A DNA stretch of 64,000 bases, from NCBI GenBank assembly GCA_037190965.1, contig JBBCKI010000068.1, forward strand, positions 32,001-96,000. Direction: 5' to 3'. This document shows positions 9,258 through 18,359 of the stretch, one piece after another. The position numbers and the translations under genes were made by a program. Under the pieces are notes generated by a model. That model did no database searches, was not told the origin of the DNA, and worked only from the letters and a program-made list of their open reading frames with translations. How positions within the stretch are numbered: the stretch's first letter is position 1; each line of letters opens with the position of its first letter. The stretch comes from Chthoniobacteraceae bacterium. GTDB lineage: Bacteria; Verrucomicrobiota; Verrucomicrobiia; Chthoniobacterales; Chthoniobacteraceae.

Positions 9258-11069
9258 CTACAAAATCCCCTTACGCCTGAGCGCCTCCTCCATCGCCCGC
9301 TCCATCAGGAGCGTGGCGAGGTTCTGGGTCGCTTCATCGAGAGCGGCGGTCGCTTTTTTGAGGGCGTGCGGGTTTTCGCCAGTCAGCGCGGTTTCCACTT
9401 CCGCCATCAACACGGCGATGCGTTGCCGCTCTTCTCCGTCCACTTCGTCCCCCAGCAACGTGAGCGCGTTGCGGACCGCGGGGAGCATTTCGGCGGCTTT
9501 CAGGCGCGCCTCGGTAAAGACGCGCTCGGTCATGTCCTCAAAGGCGTGATCGAGCGATTCGGCGATCATCTGTTCCACCGCCTCGTCGGAGACATCCACG
9601 GCGCTTCGCATCTCGACCACCCGTTCCGCTCCCGTTTTTGTATCGCGAGCCAGCACGTGAAGAATCCCGTCGGCGTCGATTTCAAACTGCACCCCCACCC
9701 GCGCCTGCCCTTTCGCGGCGGGTTCGAAACCGAGTTCGAACTGACCGAGTTCCCAGTTGTCCCGGGCCATCTCGCGTTCCCCCTGCAACACGCGGATCAA
9801 CACGGAGCGTTGCCCCGCCACGGCGTTGGTGAACATTTCGCCCGCCTTGGTGGGGATGGTGGAGTTGCGCGGGATGATGACATTCATCAACCCGCCAAAG
9901 GTTTCGATGCCCAGCGAAAGGGGGGTAACATCCAGTAGCACCACGTTGCGCACCGCCCCGGAGAGAATGCCTGCCTGGATGGCCGCGCCGAGGGCCACCG
10001 CCTCGTCGGGGTTTTGCGAAAGGTTCGGCTCGCGCCCGAAAATCTCCGCCACGAACCGTCGCACCAGCGGCATGCGTGTCTGGCCGCCCACCAGAATCAC
10101 CTCATTGAGATCGCGCGCTTCCAGCTTCGCGTCGGCCAGCGCGCGGATGCAGTGGGCGCGGGTCCGTTCGATCACGGGCCGGGCAAGCCGCTCCAGTTCC
10201 TCGCGGGTGATGACGCAGGAGAAACTGCGGCCTTCGACGAGGAACGGCAGCTCGATGGTCGCTTCGGGTTCCGTCGAAAGACGGTGCTTGGCTTCCACCG
10301 CCGCTTCCCGCACGCGGGAGAGCGCCTCCACGGGGAGGGGAGCGTCGATTTTTTCCACCAGCCACGTTGTCAGAGCGTCGTCGATGTCGTCTCCGCCGAG
10401 GCGGGTATTGCCATGGGTGGAGAGCACCTGAAACACGCCGCCCGACAGTTCCAGAATCGAGAGGTCGAACGTGCCTCCGCCGAGATCGAAGACGGCCACC
10501 CTGGCATGCTCGCCGAGCTTGTCCGCGCCGTAGGCAAGAGCCGCCGCCGTCGGTTCGTTGAGGATCCGCTCCACCGTCAGCCCCGCCAGTTCGCCCGCCT
10601 TTTTGGTGGCATGGCGCTGGGCATCGTTGAAGTAGGCGGGGACGGTTACCACCGCCCGGGTGATCCCGCATTCGAGCGCGGCTTCCGCGTCGCGTTTCAG
10701 TTTGGCGAGGATCAGCGAGGAGATTTCCTCGGGAGAATAGTCATGGCCGTCGACCGCTACGCGAACCGGGGTGCCGGGCTGGCCCGTCAGGGCATAGGAA
10801 ACGCCGGTGGAATCCAGATCCTCGCCCACCCGCCGCCCCATGAAGCGTTTGATGGAATAGACCGTCTCAGTAGGGGCCAGAACCCGCATCCGGCTCGCCG
10901 CGCTTCCCACGAGCGGCTCTCCATGTTCACTGGGAAAGTGAACCACCGAAGGCGTCAGGCGCTTGCCATCGCGATCCGCTAGTAGAATAGGGAAACCGGC
11001 GTCCATCACGCCGATGAGCGAGTTGGTGGTGCCGAGATCGATGCCGACGATGGGATCCAGAGAGTCCAT
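9258..11069 (-). CDS. hscA: Hsp70-family chaperone, probably HscA-type
   Basis: GIDLGTTNS, TVPAYFND, EPTAAALAYG, DLGGGTFD, LLDVTPLSLGIET; adjacent to an HscB-like J protein (symbol inferred from context). Confidence 0.8.
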   Translation of the reverse strand: MDSLDPIVGIDLGTTNSLIGVMDAGFPILLADRDGKRLTPSVVHFPSEHGEPLVGSAASRMRVLAPTETVYSIKRFMGRRVGEDLDSTGVSYALTGQPGTPVRVAVDGHDYSPEEISSLILAKLKRDAEAALECGITRAVVTVPAYFNDAQRHATKKAGELAGLTVERILNEPTAAALAYGADKLGEHARVAVFDLGGGTFDLSILELSGGVFQVLSTHGNTRLGGDDIDDALTTWLVEKIDAPLPVEALSRVREAAVEAKHRLSTEPEATIELPFLVEGRSFSCVITREELERLARPVIERTRAHCIRALADAKLEARDLNEVILVGGQTRMPLVRRFVAEIFGREPNLSQNPDEAVALGAAIQAGILSGAVRNVVLLDVTPLSLGIETFGGLMNVIIPRNSTIPTKAGEMFTNAVAGQRSVLIRVLQGEREMARDNWELGQFELGFEPAAKGQARVGVQFEIDADGILHVLARDTKTGAERVVEMRSAVDVSDEAVEQMIAESLDHAFEDMTERVFTEARLKAAEMLPAVRNALTLLGDEVDGEERQRIAVLMAEVETALTGENPHALKKATAALDEATQNLATLLMERAMEEALRRKGIL

Positions 11070-11109
11070 GGCGGGAAGCTAATGCCAATGACCTCCCCGG
11101 GACAACGGC

Positions 11110-11279
11110 TAAAGCGTTTTTGAGTTAGATGTTTACAGAGGATTTGCGAGCACCGCAGTTCGATGGGAGGCTTTTCGAGCGCAGTGGCTGTATTTTCAAT
11201 ACTGCCCAAGCTCGAAATGCTTCATAGCGGACTGTGCTGCCGCAAAGCCTTTGTAAACAGGAACTCAAAACCACTTTTA
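11110..11279. mobile_element. MITE-like element family E (~170 bp, ~43-bp imperfect terminal inverted repeats, TA ends)
   Basis: TAAAGCGTTTTTGAGTTAGATGTTTACAGAGGATTTGCG vs CGCAAAGCCTTTGTAAACAGGAACTCAAAACCACTTTTA; right end overlaps the hscB stop. Confidence 0.6.
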
Positions 11280-11861
11280 ACTCTCGATTTGCAGCCGAAC
11301 CAGCCCTTCGCGGATCTGCGCGCTCCATTTATCGAGGTAGCCAAGCGCCTGCGCGGTCTCCGCGACTTGTGAAACGGGCCGCTCTGCTTCGCCGCTCGTC
11401 CAGGCTGCATCCAGCGCGGGAATGCGTTCCAGCCACCGCCCCCGTTCCGCCTCCAGCACTGCCAGCAGCGCCTCAAGGTCCTCCTGGAGCGTGTATTGTT
11501 CGGCTAACAACAACGCCTTCGCGAGCGCCGACCCGGCGGCGGTCCGCTTTTTCAGAAAACCGTCGAGTGCTTGTTTTTTGGCCCCCATTTCCAGAAAAAG
11601 CTCGCCCACCGAAGGCGGAGCCGCCACGCCCCGGAACGGCTCTTCGGGCGCTTCCAGTTCCAACAGGTGACGAAGCCGTGCGCGCGGATTGTTTAACACC
11701 CCGTAGGCCACGGTCAGCGCGGCGAAGGGGGGCGATCCGGCATCCGTTCCCGCCACGTCGGGGTGATGCTCCGCCGTCAAGGCGTGGAATCGGGCTTTCA
11801 GCGCCTCTTCTTCGAGCCATGGACGGCGCGGCTCCCCCAGCAAGGCAAAATGATCAGTCAT
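11277..11861 (-). CDS. hscB: HscB-like J-domain co-chaperone
   Basis: DHFALLG...FHALTAEHHPD J-domain, AYGVLNNPRARLRHLL, helical C-terminal domain. Confidence 0.8.
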   Translation of the reverse strand: MTDHFALLGEPRRPWLEEEALKARFHALTAEHHPDVAGTDAGSPPFAALTVAYGVLNNPRARLRHLLELEAPEEPFRGVAAPPSVGELFLEMGAKKQALDGFLKKRTAAGSALAKALLLAEQYTLQEDLEALLAVLEAERGRWLERIPALDAAWTSGEAERPVSQVAETAQALGYLDKWSAQIREGLVRLQIES

Positions 11862-11901
11862 TCCGGGAACCGTGCCGTGAAAGCCAAAAAGCGGCAACTT
11901 A

Positions 11902-12142
11902 AACCTGAATTCCGAGGTTGTTGCGGCGAGATCCCGTGCACGGCACGGGCTCCGCGTTGAGACTCCGCTGCGCTTCGTATTGAGAAAACCGTTTCGCGGT
12001 GGCGGTCTGACGCAATTTGTTGGCCGCGAGTGCCTTTCGTCAGAGACTCACCGTATCTAAAGATGCGCTTCGCTCTTCCTCAAGTCATCGCGACTCAACC
12101 CTCTCGCGCCAGCTCATCCGCTCCAACATCGGAGTTCAGGTT
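11902..12142. mobile_element. MITE-like element family F (~240 bp; terminal repeat AACCTGAAYTCCGA)
   Basis: AACCTGAATTCCGAGGTTG...CAACATCGGAGTTCAGGTT; possible TAA target duplication; same 13-mer at 57674. Confidence 0.55.
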
Positions 12143-12169
12143 AAATGACTTGACGGCATCCTAAGGGGT

Positions 12170-12207
12170 GATAGTTAGGTTTCTAAACTATCAGGGGGCT
12201 AACTAAC
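12170..12207. promoter_or_regulatory. Putative MarR operator palindrome(s) upstream of the marR-RND operon
   Basis: GATAGTTAGGTTTCTAAACTATC plus overlapping degenerate TATCAGGGGGCTAACTA; TTGACG at 12150-12155. Confidence 0.6.
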
Positions 12208-12272
12208 CGGGTTCGCGCGATTCTTCTCGAGCGTCGCCGGTTCACCACCAATCCAAAAAACATCCTCACGCC

Positions 12273-12824
12273 ATGCCCCTCCTGATGCTCAAAGACCTCC
12301 CCCGCTACGAATGCCTTCTCAAGGCGGCGGAGCGGTATCCCGACATGGAACTCAGCGCGAACGAGGCGTTCCTGAACCTCCTGAGGACGGCGGACATGAT
12401 GTTTGCGGAAAAGGGGCGCTACCTCGGCCAGCTTGGCCTGAGCCAGGGGCGTTTCACCGTTCTGATGCTTCTCAACGGGTGCTGCGAACATCCGGCGACG
12501 CCTGCGTCGCTCGCGGATGAAGCCGGAGTGACCCGCGCGACCATGACGGGGCTCATCGATAACCTGGAGCGGGACGGTTTTGTCGTCCGCGAAGCCGATC
12601 CCCTTGATCGCCGTACGGTTCTGGTGCGGCTGACGGAGGCGGGCCAAACGTTTGTGGAAGGGATGCTCCCCGGCTGGTTCCAGCGAGTTTCCTCCGTCAT
12701 CGACCCCTTGGACGAGGCGGAACGCAAAACACTCGTGGACCTCCTCCAGAAAATCCAGATCGGCCTGACTCCTTCCCCCGCAGAAGATCTTAAAACCGAA
12801 TCGTTCAAACCATCCGAAGCCTGA
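12273..12824 (+). CDS. MarR-family transcriptional regulator
   Basis: GLSQGRFTVL, ATMTGLIDNLERDGFV, DRRTVLVRLTEAG. Confidence 0.92.
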   Translation: MPLLMLKDLPRYECLLKAAERYPDMELSANEAFLNLLRTADMMFAEKGRYLGQLGLSQGRFTVLMLLNGCCEHPATPASLADEAGVTRATMTGLIDNLERDGFVVREADPLDRRTVLVRLTEAGQTFVEGMLPGWFQRVSSVIDPLDEAERKTLVDLLQKIQIGLTPSPAEDLKTESFKPSEA

Positions 12825-12829
12825 AATTT

Positions 12830-13951
12830 ATGTGGAAGAGAATGCTGACAATGCTGGTTCTGGTGGTCCTCGCCGTGGGGGCTATCGCCTTTGCTAAATA
12901 CCGCCAGATCCGCGCGGCGATGGCGCAGGGGATGAGCTTCAAGATGCCTCCCGCCGCCGTCACTACGCTGGTCGCCCGGGGGGAGCGGTGGCAGCCGGTA
13001 CTTCACGCGGTCGGCTCGCTACGGGCCGTGCACGGGGTGGAAGTCAGCACCGATCTCTCCGGGATCGTGCGGGAGATCGCCTTCGAATCCGGCACGCCGG
13101 TGAAAGAGGGTGACTTGCTCATCAAGCTCGATACCCGGCAGGAAGAGGCCCAACTGAAAGCGGCGGAGGCCGCCCGGGAACTGGCCCGCCTGAACCTGAG
13201 CCGCCAGCGCGACCTGCTTTCCAAGAAGGCCACCTCCCAATCGGAGTTTGACGCGGCGGCGGCAAGCGCCGACCAGAGCGACGCCTCGGTGGAGCAGATC
13301 AAGGCGCTTATCGCCCGCAAGACCATCCATGCTCCCTTCGATGGCGTGCTCGGAATCCGGAACGTGAACATCGGCCAGTTTCTCGATGTGGGGAAATCGA
13401 TCGTCCCGCTCCAATCGCAGGATCCGATCTATGTCGAGTTCGCGCTTCCGCAGCAGGAACTCGGCAACGTCGCCCTGGGGAAGAAAGTCCGGCTCAAGGT
13501 GACCGGGCTGGAAGGTAAAGAGTTTGACGGCGAGATCACCGCTATCAACTCCAAGGTGGACGAATCCACCCGCAACATCCAGGTGGAAGCCACCGTTTCC
13601 AACAAGGACGGCATCCTGCGTAGCGGCATGTTTGTGCGGGTGGAAGTCCTGATGCCCGAACAGGATGGCATCGTCGCCATTCCGGCCTCCTCGATCAACT
13701 ACGCTCCTTATGGTGATTCGGTCTTCATCGTCAAGGACGCGGAGGGGGGGCAGGGCGGCAAACAGGTGATCCAGCAGGTGGTGAAGGTGGGGCCCTCGCG
13801 CGGCGATCAGGTCTCCATTCTTTCCGGGGTAAAGGAAGGCGACGAAGTGGTGACTTCCGGCGGGTTCAAGCTCAACAGCGGCGCCGAGGTTCAGGTCAAC
13901 AACACCGTTCAGCCGAGCAACGAAGCCAACCCGAACCCGCCCGAAACCTGA
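12830..13951 (+). CDS. RND efflux periplasmic adaptor (membrane fusion protein)
   Basis: N-terminal TM, SGIVREIAFESG lipoyl-like motif, IHAPFDGVLG, LRSGMFVRV. Confidence 0.93.
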   Translation: MWKRMLTMLVLVVLAVGAIAFAKYRQIRAAMAQGMSFKMPPAAVTTLVARGERWQPVLHAVGSLRAVHGVEVSTDLSGIVREIAFESGTPVKEGDLLIKLDTRQEEAQLKAAEAARELARLNLSRQRDLLSKKATSQSEFDAAAASADQSDASVEQIKALIARKTIHAPFDGVLGIRNVNIGQFLDVGKSIVPLQSQDPIYVEFALPQQELGNVALGKKVRLKVTGLEGKEFDGEITAINSKVDESTRNIQVEATVSNKDGILRSGMFVRVEVLMPEQDGIVAIPASSINYAPYGDSVFIVKDAEGGQGGKQVIQQVVKVGPSRGDQVSILSGVKEGDEVVTSGGFKLNSGAEVQVNNTVQPSNEANPNPPET

Positions 13952-13976
13952 CGGTCTTTTGGATCTCTCTTAGGTT

Positions 13977-16900
13977 ATGAATTTTACCGATCTCTTCATC
14001 CGGCGGCCCGTCGTGGCAACCGTCGTCAGCTTGCTCATTCTGCTGGCGGGGTTCCAGTCGTACCGTTTGCTCAACGTGCGGCAATACCCGCGCAGCGACA
14101 TTGCCGTCATCACGGTCAAAACTGCCTATGTCGGCGCGAATGCCGACCTCGTGCGAGGCTTCATCACCACGCCGCTCGAACGCGTTATCTCCAGCGCGGA
14201 TGGGATTGACTTCGTGGAATCGACGAGCGCGCAGAGCCTCAGCACCATCTCGGTTCATCTCAAGCTCAACTACGATACCAACGCCGCGCTCACGCAGATC
14301 CAGGCGAAGGTCGCACAGGTTCGCAATCAGCTTCCTCCCGAGGCGGAGTCGCCGGTTATCGAGTTGGAAACGACGGATAACCAGTTCGCGTCGATGTACC
14401 TGAGCTTCTACTCCAAGGAGCTTGATCAGAACCAGATCACCGATTACCTCACCCGGGTCGTCCAGCCGAAGCTCTCCGCCGTCAGCGGGGTGCAGCGGGC
14501 CGATATTCTCGGGGCGCGCACGTTTGCCATGCGGATCTGGTTGAAGTCGGACCGCCTTGCCGCGTTGAACGTGTCACCTTCCGAAGTTCGCGCCGCGTTG
14601 GCGTCGAACAACTATCTCTCCGCCGTCGGCGCCACCAAGGGGTCGATGATCTCCGTCAACCTGATCGCCAATACTGACCTGAGATCGCCGGAAGAATTCC
14701 GGGAGCTTGTCGTGCGGGAGCGGGATGGCGTGATCGTCCGGCTCAAAGACGTGGCCGAAGTCAACCTCGGCGCGGAGAGCTACAACGACGACGTCCGCTT
14801 CTCCGGTCAGAAGGCGACCTTCATGGGCATCTGGGTGCTGCCGACCGCCAACTCCCTCGATGTCATCAAAGCCGTGCGGGCGGAGTTGCCCGCCATTGAG
14901 AAGCAGCTCCCCTCCGGCATGAACGTCGGGGTCGGTTACGACGCCACCGAGTACATCAACGATGCGCTCCATGAGGTCATCCGTACCTTGAGCGAGACGC
15001 TCATTATCGTCGTCATCGTCATCTTCTTCTTCCTTGGCTCGCTCCGGACGGTGTTGATTCCGGTTGTCGCCATCCCGATCTCGCTCGTCGGCGCGCTTTT
15101 CCTGATGCTGCTCTTCGGGTTCACGATCAATCTCCTCACGTTGCTGGCCATTGTGCTGGCGGTCGGGCTTGTGGTGGACGACGCCATCGTTGTGGTCGAA
15201 AACGTGGAGCGGTATCTGCAACTGGGCCATGCTCCATTCGAGGCGGCCCTCAAGGCTGCCCGCGAACTCTTCGGGCCGCTGGTCGCCATGACGATCACTC
15301 TCGCGGCGGTCTATGCGCCCATCGGGCTGCAAGGCGGGCTGACGGGCACGCTCTTCCGTGAGTTCGCCTTCACGCTGGCGGGCGCGGTGGCTGTGTCCGG
15401 GGTTGTGGCGCTCACGCTCTCTCCGATGATGTCTTCGGTGCTGCTGAGGTCGGGGGATTCGCACCGGGGTTATGCAGGATGGATCAACCATCGCTTTGAC
15501 GCGTTGCGCAGGCTTTATCGGCGCATTCTTGCCAATACGCTTAACTACCGTCCCGTCACCATCACCCTCGCGGTGATCATTATTCTTCTCTCGGCCCCGT
15601 TCTTCATGTTCTCGCAGAAGGAACTTGCGCCCAAGGAGGATCAAGGTTTCGTGATGGCGATTCTCCAGGCATCGCCGAATTCCACCATCGACCAGACGGT
15701 TCTTTATTCCGAACAGGTCTACGAAGTCTTCAAGACGATCCCTGAAATGGGGAACGCCTTTCAGCTCACCAGCCCCGGCGGCGGTTTCGGCGGTCTCGTC
15801 ACCAAGCCGTGGAGCCAGCGCACACGATCCACGGAAGAGATCAACGGCGAGCTTTTCGGCAAGGTCTCCGGCATCGGCGGCGTGCGCGTCATCACCACGA
15901 CGCCTTCTCCGCTGCCCGGCGGCAGCAACTTCCCGGTGGAAATAGCCATCGTCTCCACGGCGGAACCGGCGCAGTTGTTGGAGTTCGCCAACCAACTGGT
16001 GCAGACCGCCTACAAGACGGGGCTTTTCATGTATGCGGATACCGACCTGAAGTTTGACCAGCCGCAGACGGAAATCGTGTTCGACAGGGACAAGGTCGCT
16101 TCGCTCGGACTCAACCTGCAAAAGGTCGGCGCGGACCTCGGTACCTTGCTCGGCGGGAACTATGTCAACTGGTTCAACATCCAGGGCCGCAGTTACAAGG
16201 TCATCCCGCAGATTACGCGTACGGAGCGGCTCAACACCGATCAGTTGAACGACTATTACGTCAGTGGCCCGGATGGGAAGCTGGTCGCCCTTTCGACATT
16301 CGCCACGTTGAAAACCTCGGTGGAGCCCCGTTCGCTCAACCGTTTCCAGCAGCTCAACTCTGCGCGCATCCAGGGGGTTATCCCGCCCGGCGTGTCATTG
16401 GACATGGCGCTCTCGAAACTCGAGGAAGAGGCCGCAAAAATTCTCCCGAAAGGCTTCACGCTTGATTACGCAGGTGAGTCCCGCCAGCTCCGGCTGGAGG
16501 GCAACAGCTTTTACGGAACGATGGCGCTTTCGCTCATCCTCATCTTCCTGGTGCTGGCAGCCCAGTTTGAGAGTTTCCGCGATCCGTTCATCATTCTGGC
16601 CGGATCGGTGCCGCTCGCGCTCTCCGGCGCGCTGTTCTTCACCTTCTTCGGGTTCACCTCGCTCAACATTTACAGTCAGGTCGGGTTGATCACGCTCGTC
16701 GGGTTGATCGCCAAGAACGGCATTCTGATCGTCGAGTTCGCCAACCACTTGCAGGAGTCGGGCTTGAGCAAACTTCACGCCGTGATCGAAGCCGCCGCGA
16801 CCCGTCTGCGTCCGATCCTGATGACGACAGTGGCCACGGTCGTCGGACACTTCCCGCTGGTGCTGGCCAGCGGCCCCGGCGCGGGCTCCCGTAACAGCAT

Positions 16901-17069
16901 CGGCATTGTGCTGGTGACCGGCATGATCATCGGGACGATCTTCACGCTTTTCGTGGTGCCGACAATTTATGTCGTCATCGCACGGGACCGTGGCGGGAAG
17001 AAGACGCGGATGGAGGAAGAGAGAGTGGAGAGCAAGGAGACGCCGGTGTTGGAACCGGCCACGGCGTAG
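13977..17069 (+). CDS. RND efflux permease (AcrB/MexW/MexI-like)
   Basis: MNFTDLFIRRPV, GLVVDDAIVVVEN, KNGILIVEFA, RLRPILMT; 1030 aa. Confidence 0.95.
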   Translation: MNFTDLFIRRPVVATVVSLLILLAGFQSYRLLNVRQYPRSDIAVITVKTAYVGANADLVRGFITTPLERVISSADGIDFVESTSAQSLSTISVHLKLNYDTNAALTQIQAKVAQVRNQLPPEAESPVIELETTDNQFASMYLSFYSKELDQNQITDYLTRVVQPKLSAVSGVQRADILGARTFAMRIWLKSDRLAALNVSPSEVRAALASNNYLSAVGATKGSMISVNLIANTDLRSPEEFRELVVRERDGVIVRLKDVAEVNLGAESYNDDVRFSGQKATFMGIWVLPTANSLDVIKAVRAELPAIEKQLPSGMNVGVGYDATEYINDALHEVIRTLSETLIIVVIVIFFFLGSLRTVLIPVVAIPISLVGALFLMLLFGFTINLLTLLAIVLAVGLVVDDAIVVVENVERYLQLGHAPFEAALKAARELFGPLVAMTITLAAVYAPIGLQGGLTGTLFREFAFTLAGAVAVSGVVALTLSPMMSSVLLRSGDSHRGYAGWINHRFDALRRLYRRILANTLNYRPVTITLAVIIILLSAPFFMFSQKELAPKEDQGFVMAILQASPNSTIDQTVLYSEQVYEVFKTIPEMGNAFQLTSPGGGFGGLVTKPWSQRTRSTEEINGELFGKVSGIGGVRVITTTPSPLPGGSNFPVEIAIVSTAEPAQLLEFANQLVQTAYKTGLFMYADTDLKFDQPQTEIVFDRDKVASLGLNLQKVGADLGTLLGGNYVNWFNIQGRSYKVIPQITRTERLNTDQLNDYYVSGPDGKLVALSTFATLKTSVEPRSLNRFQQLNSARIQGVIPPGVSLDMALSKLEEEAAKILPKGFTLDYAGESRQLRLEGNSFYGTMALSLILIFLVLAAQFESFRDPFIILAGSVPLALSGALFFTFFGFTSLNIYSQVGLITLVGLIAKNGILIVEFANHLQESGLSKLHAVIEAAATRLRPILMTTVATVVGHFPLVLASGPGAGSRNSIGIVLVTGMIIGTIFTLFVVPTIYVVIARDRGGKKTRMEEERVESKETPVLEPATA

Positions 17070-17100
17070 AGCCCGAAAAGAGTGGGCCTGCGGCCGTGAC

Positions 17101-17216
17101 GGCGTCGTGGAACTCCGCCCTCCGACGATCGCGCGGCAAGCGCGCGCAGGACGAGGGTGGGGGAAACTGCGGCGCGAAATGCCCCCTCCTGACGGAGGGC
17201 GCAGCTCTGCGACGCC
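17101..17216. repeat. REP-like doublet family B, copy 2
   Basis: GGCGTCGTGGAACTCCGCCCTCCG ... CGGAGGGCGCAGCTCTGCGACGCC, between convergent genes. Confidence 0.8.
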
Positions 17217-17234
17217 GCAGATATACGACGCTGA

Positions 17235-18335
17235 TTAATCCCGCACCGCGCCCGCCGAGTTCCCCAATGCGGACTCTTCTTCGGGCAGGAATACCTTGAA
17301 GCGGTTCTTGTCGATCGCCTTCATGTATGCCTCGTGCGGGGAGACCATGCCCTGTTGCATGACGTGCCAGATGGCGTCGTCCATGAACTGCATCCCCTGG
17401 CCTTTGCCGCCGACGATCACGTCCTGAAGCTTCTGCGTCGCGCCTTCACGGATGATGGCGGAGACAGCGCTGTTGGCGACGAGGATTTCGTTGACCGCCA
17501 AGCGCCCCGGTTTGTCGCTGCGCTTGAGGAGAAGCTGGGCCACGACACCGCGCAACGAGGAGGAGATCATCGTGCGAACCTGCGCCTGCTGGTCGGATGG
17601 AAACACGTCAATGAGACGATCGATCGTCTTGCGGGCATTGTTGGTGTGCAGCGTGCCGAAAACGAGGAGGCCGGTTTCTGCGGCGGTCAGCGCGAGGGAG
17701 ATCGTCTCCAGGTCGCGCATTTCACCCACGAGCACGATGTCGGCGTCCTCACGCAGGGCGGCTTTGAGGCCAACCGGGAAGGAGGAGGCGTGCTCCGGCA
17801 CTTCGCGCTGGGTGATGATGCTTTTCTTGTTGTTGTGAACGAACTCGATCGGCTCCTCGATGGTGATGATGTGGCGGGCGTAGTTCGTGTTGATGTAATC
17901 CATCAACGCGGCCAGCGTGGTGCTCTTGCCCGAGCCGGTGGGGCCGGTGACGAGAACGAGCCCGCCGCGCAGCTTGCCGAATTCCTTGACCACCTCGGGA
18001 ATGCCGAGTTGCTCAAGCGTGAGGATCTTTGTGGGAATGAGACGGAAAACCGCTCCATAGCCGTTCGTCTGCTTCAGGAAGTTGCAGCGGAAGCGGGATT
18101 CCTCGTTCATCTCGTAGGCGAAGTCGAGGTCGCCGCGCTCCTCGTATTGCGCCCAGCGTTCCGGTCCCGCAATTTCGCTCAACATGTAAGCGGCCTCTTC
18201 GTGCGTGATGACTTCGTTCCGGATCGGAACGATATCGCCGTGACGCCGAATCTTGGGGGGCTGGCCTTCCCCGAGGTGAAGGTCGGAAGCTCCGGCCTGG
18301 ATGAGAACTTCAAAAAACTGATCGATGTAAGCCAT
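17235..18335 (-). CDS. pilT: Type IV pilus retraction ATPase (PilT/PilU family)
   Basis: ASDLHL, GPTGSGKSTT, ALREDADIVLVGEMRD, GTLHT. Confidence 0.9.
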   Translation of the reverse strand: MAYIDQFFEVLIQAGASDLHLGEGQPPKIRRHGDIVPIRNEVITHEEAAYMLSEIAGPERWAQYEERGDLDFAYEMNEESRFRCNFLKQTNGYGAVFRLIPTKILTLEQLGIPEVVKEFGKLRGGLVLVTGPTGSGKSTTLAALMDYINTNYARHIITIEEPIEFVHNNKKSIITQREVPEHASSFPVGLKAALREDADIVLVGEMRDLETISLALTAAETGLLVFGTLHTNNARKTIDRLIDVFPSDQQAQVRTMISSSLRGVVAQLLLKRSDKPGRLAVNEILVANSAVSAIIREGATQKLQDVIVGGKGQGMQFMDDAIWHVMQQGMVSPHEAYMKAIDKNRFKVFLPEEESALGNSAGAVRD

Positions 18336-18359
18336 GGATGCGAAAGGGAGAAGGAAGGG

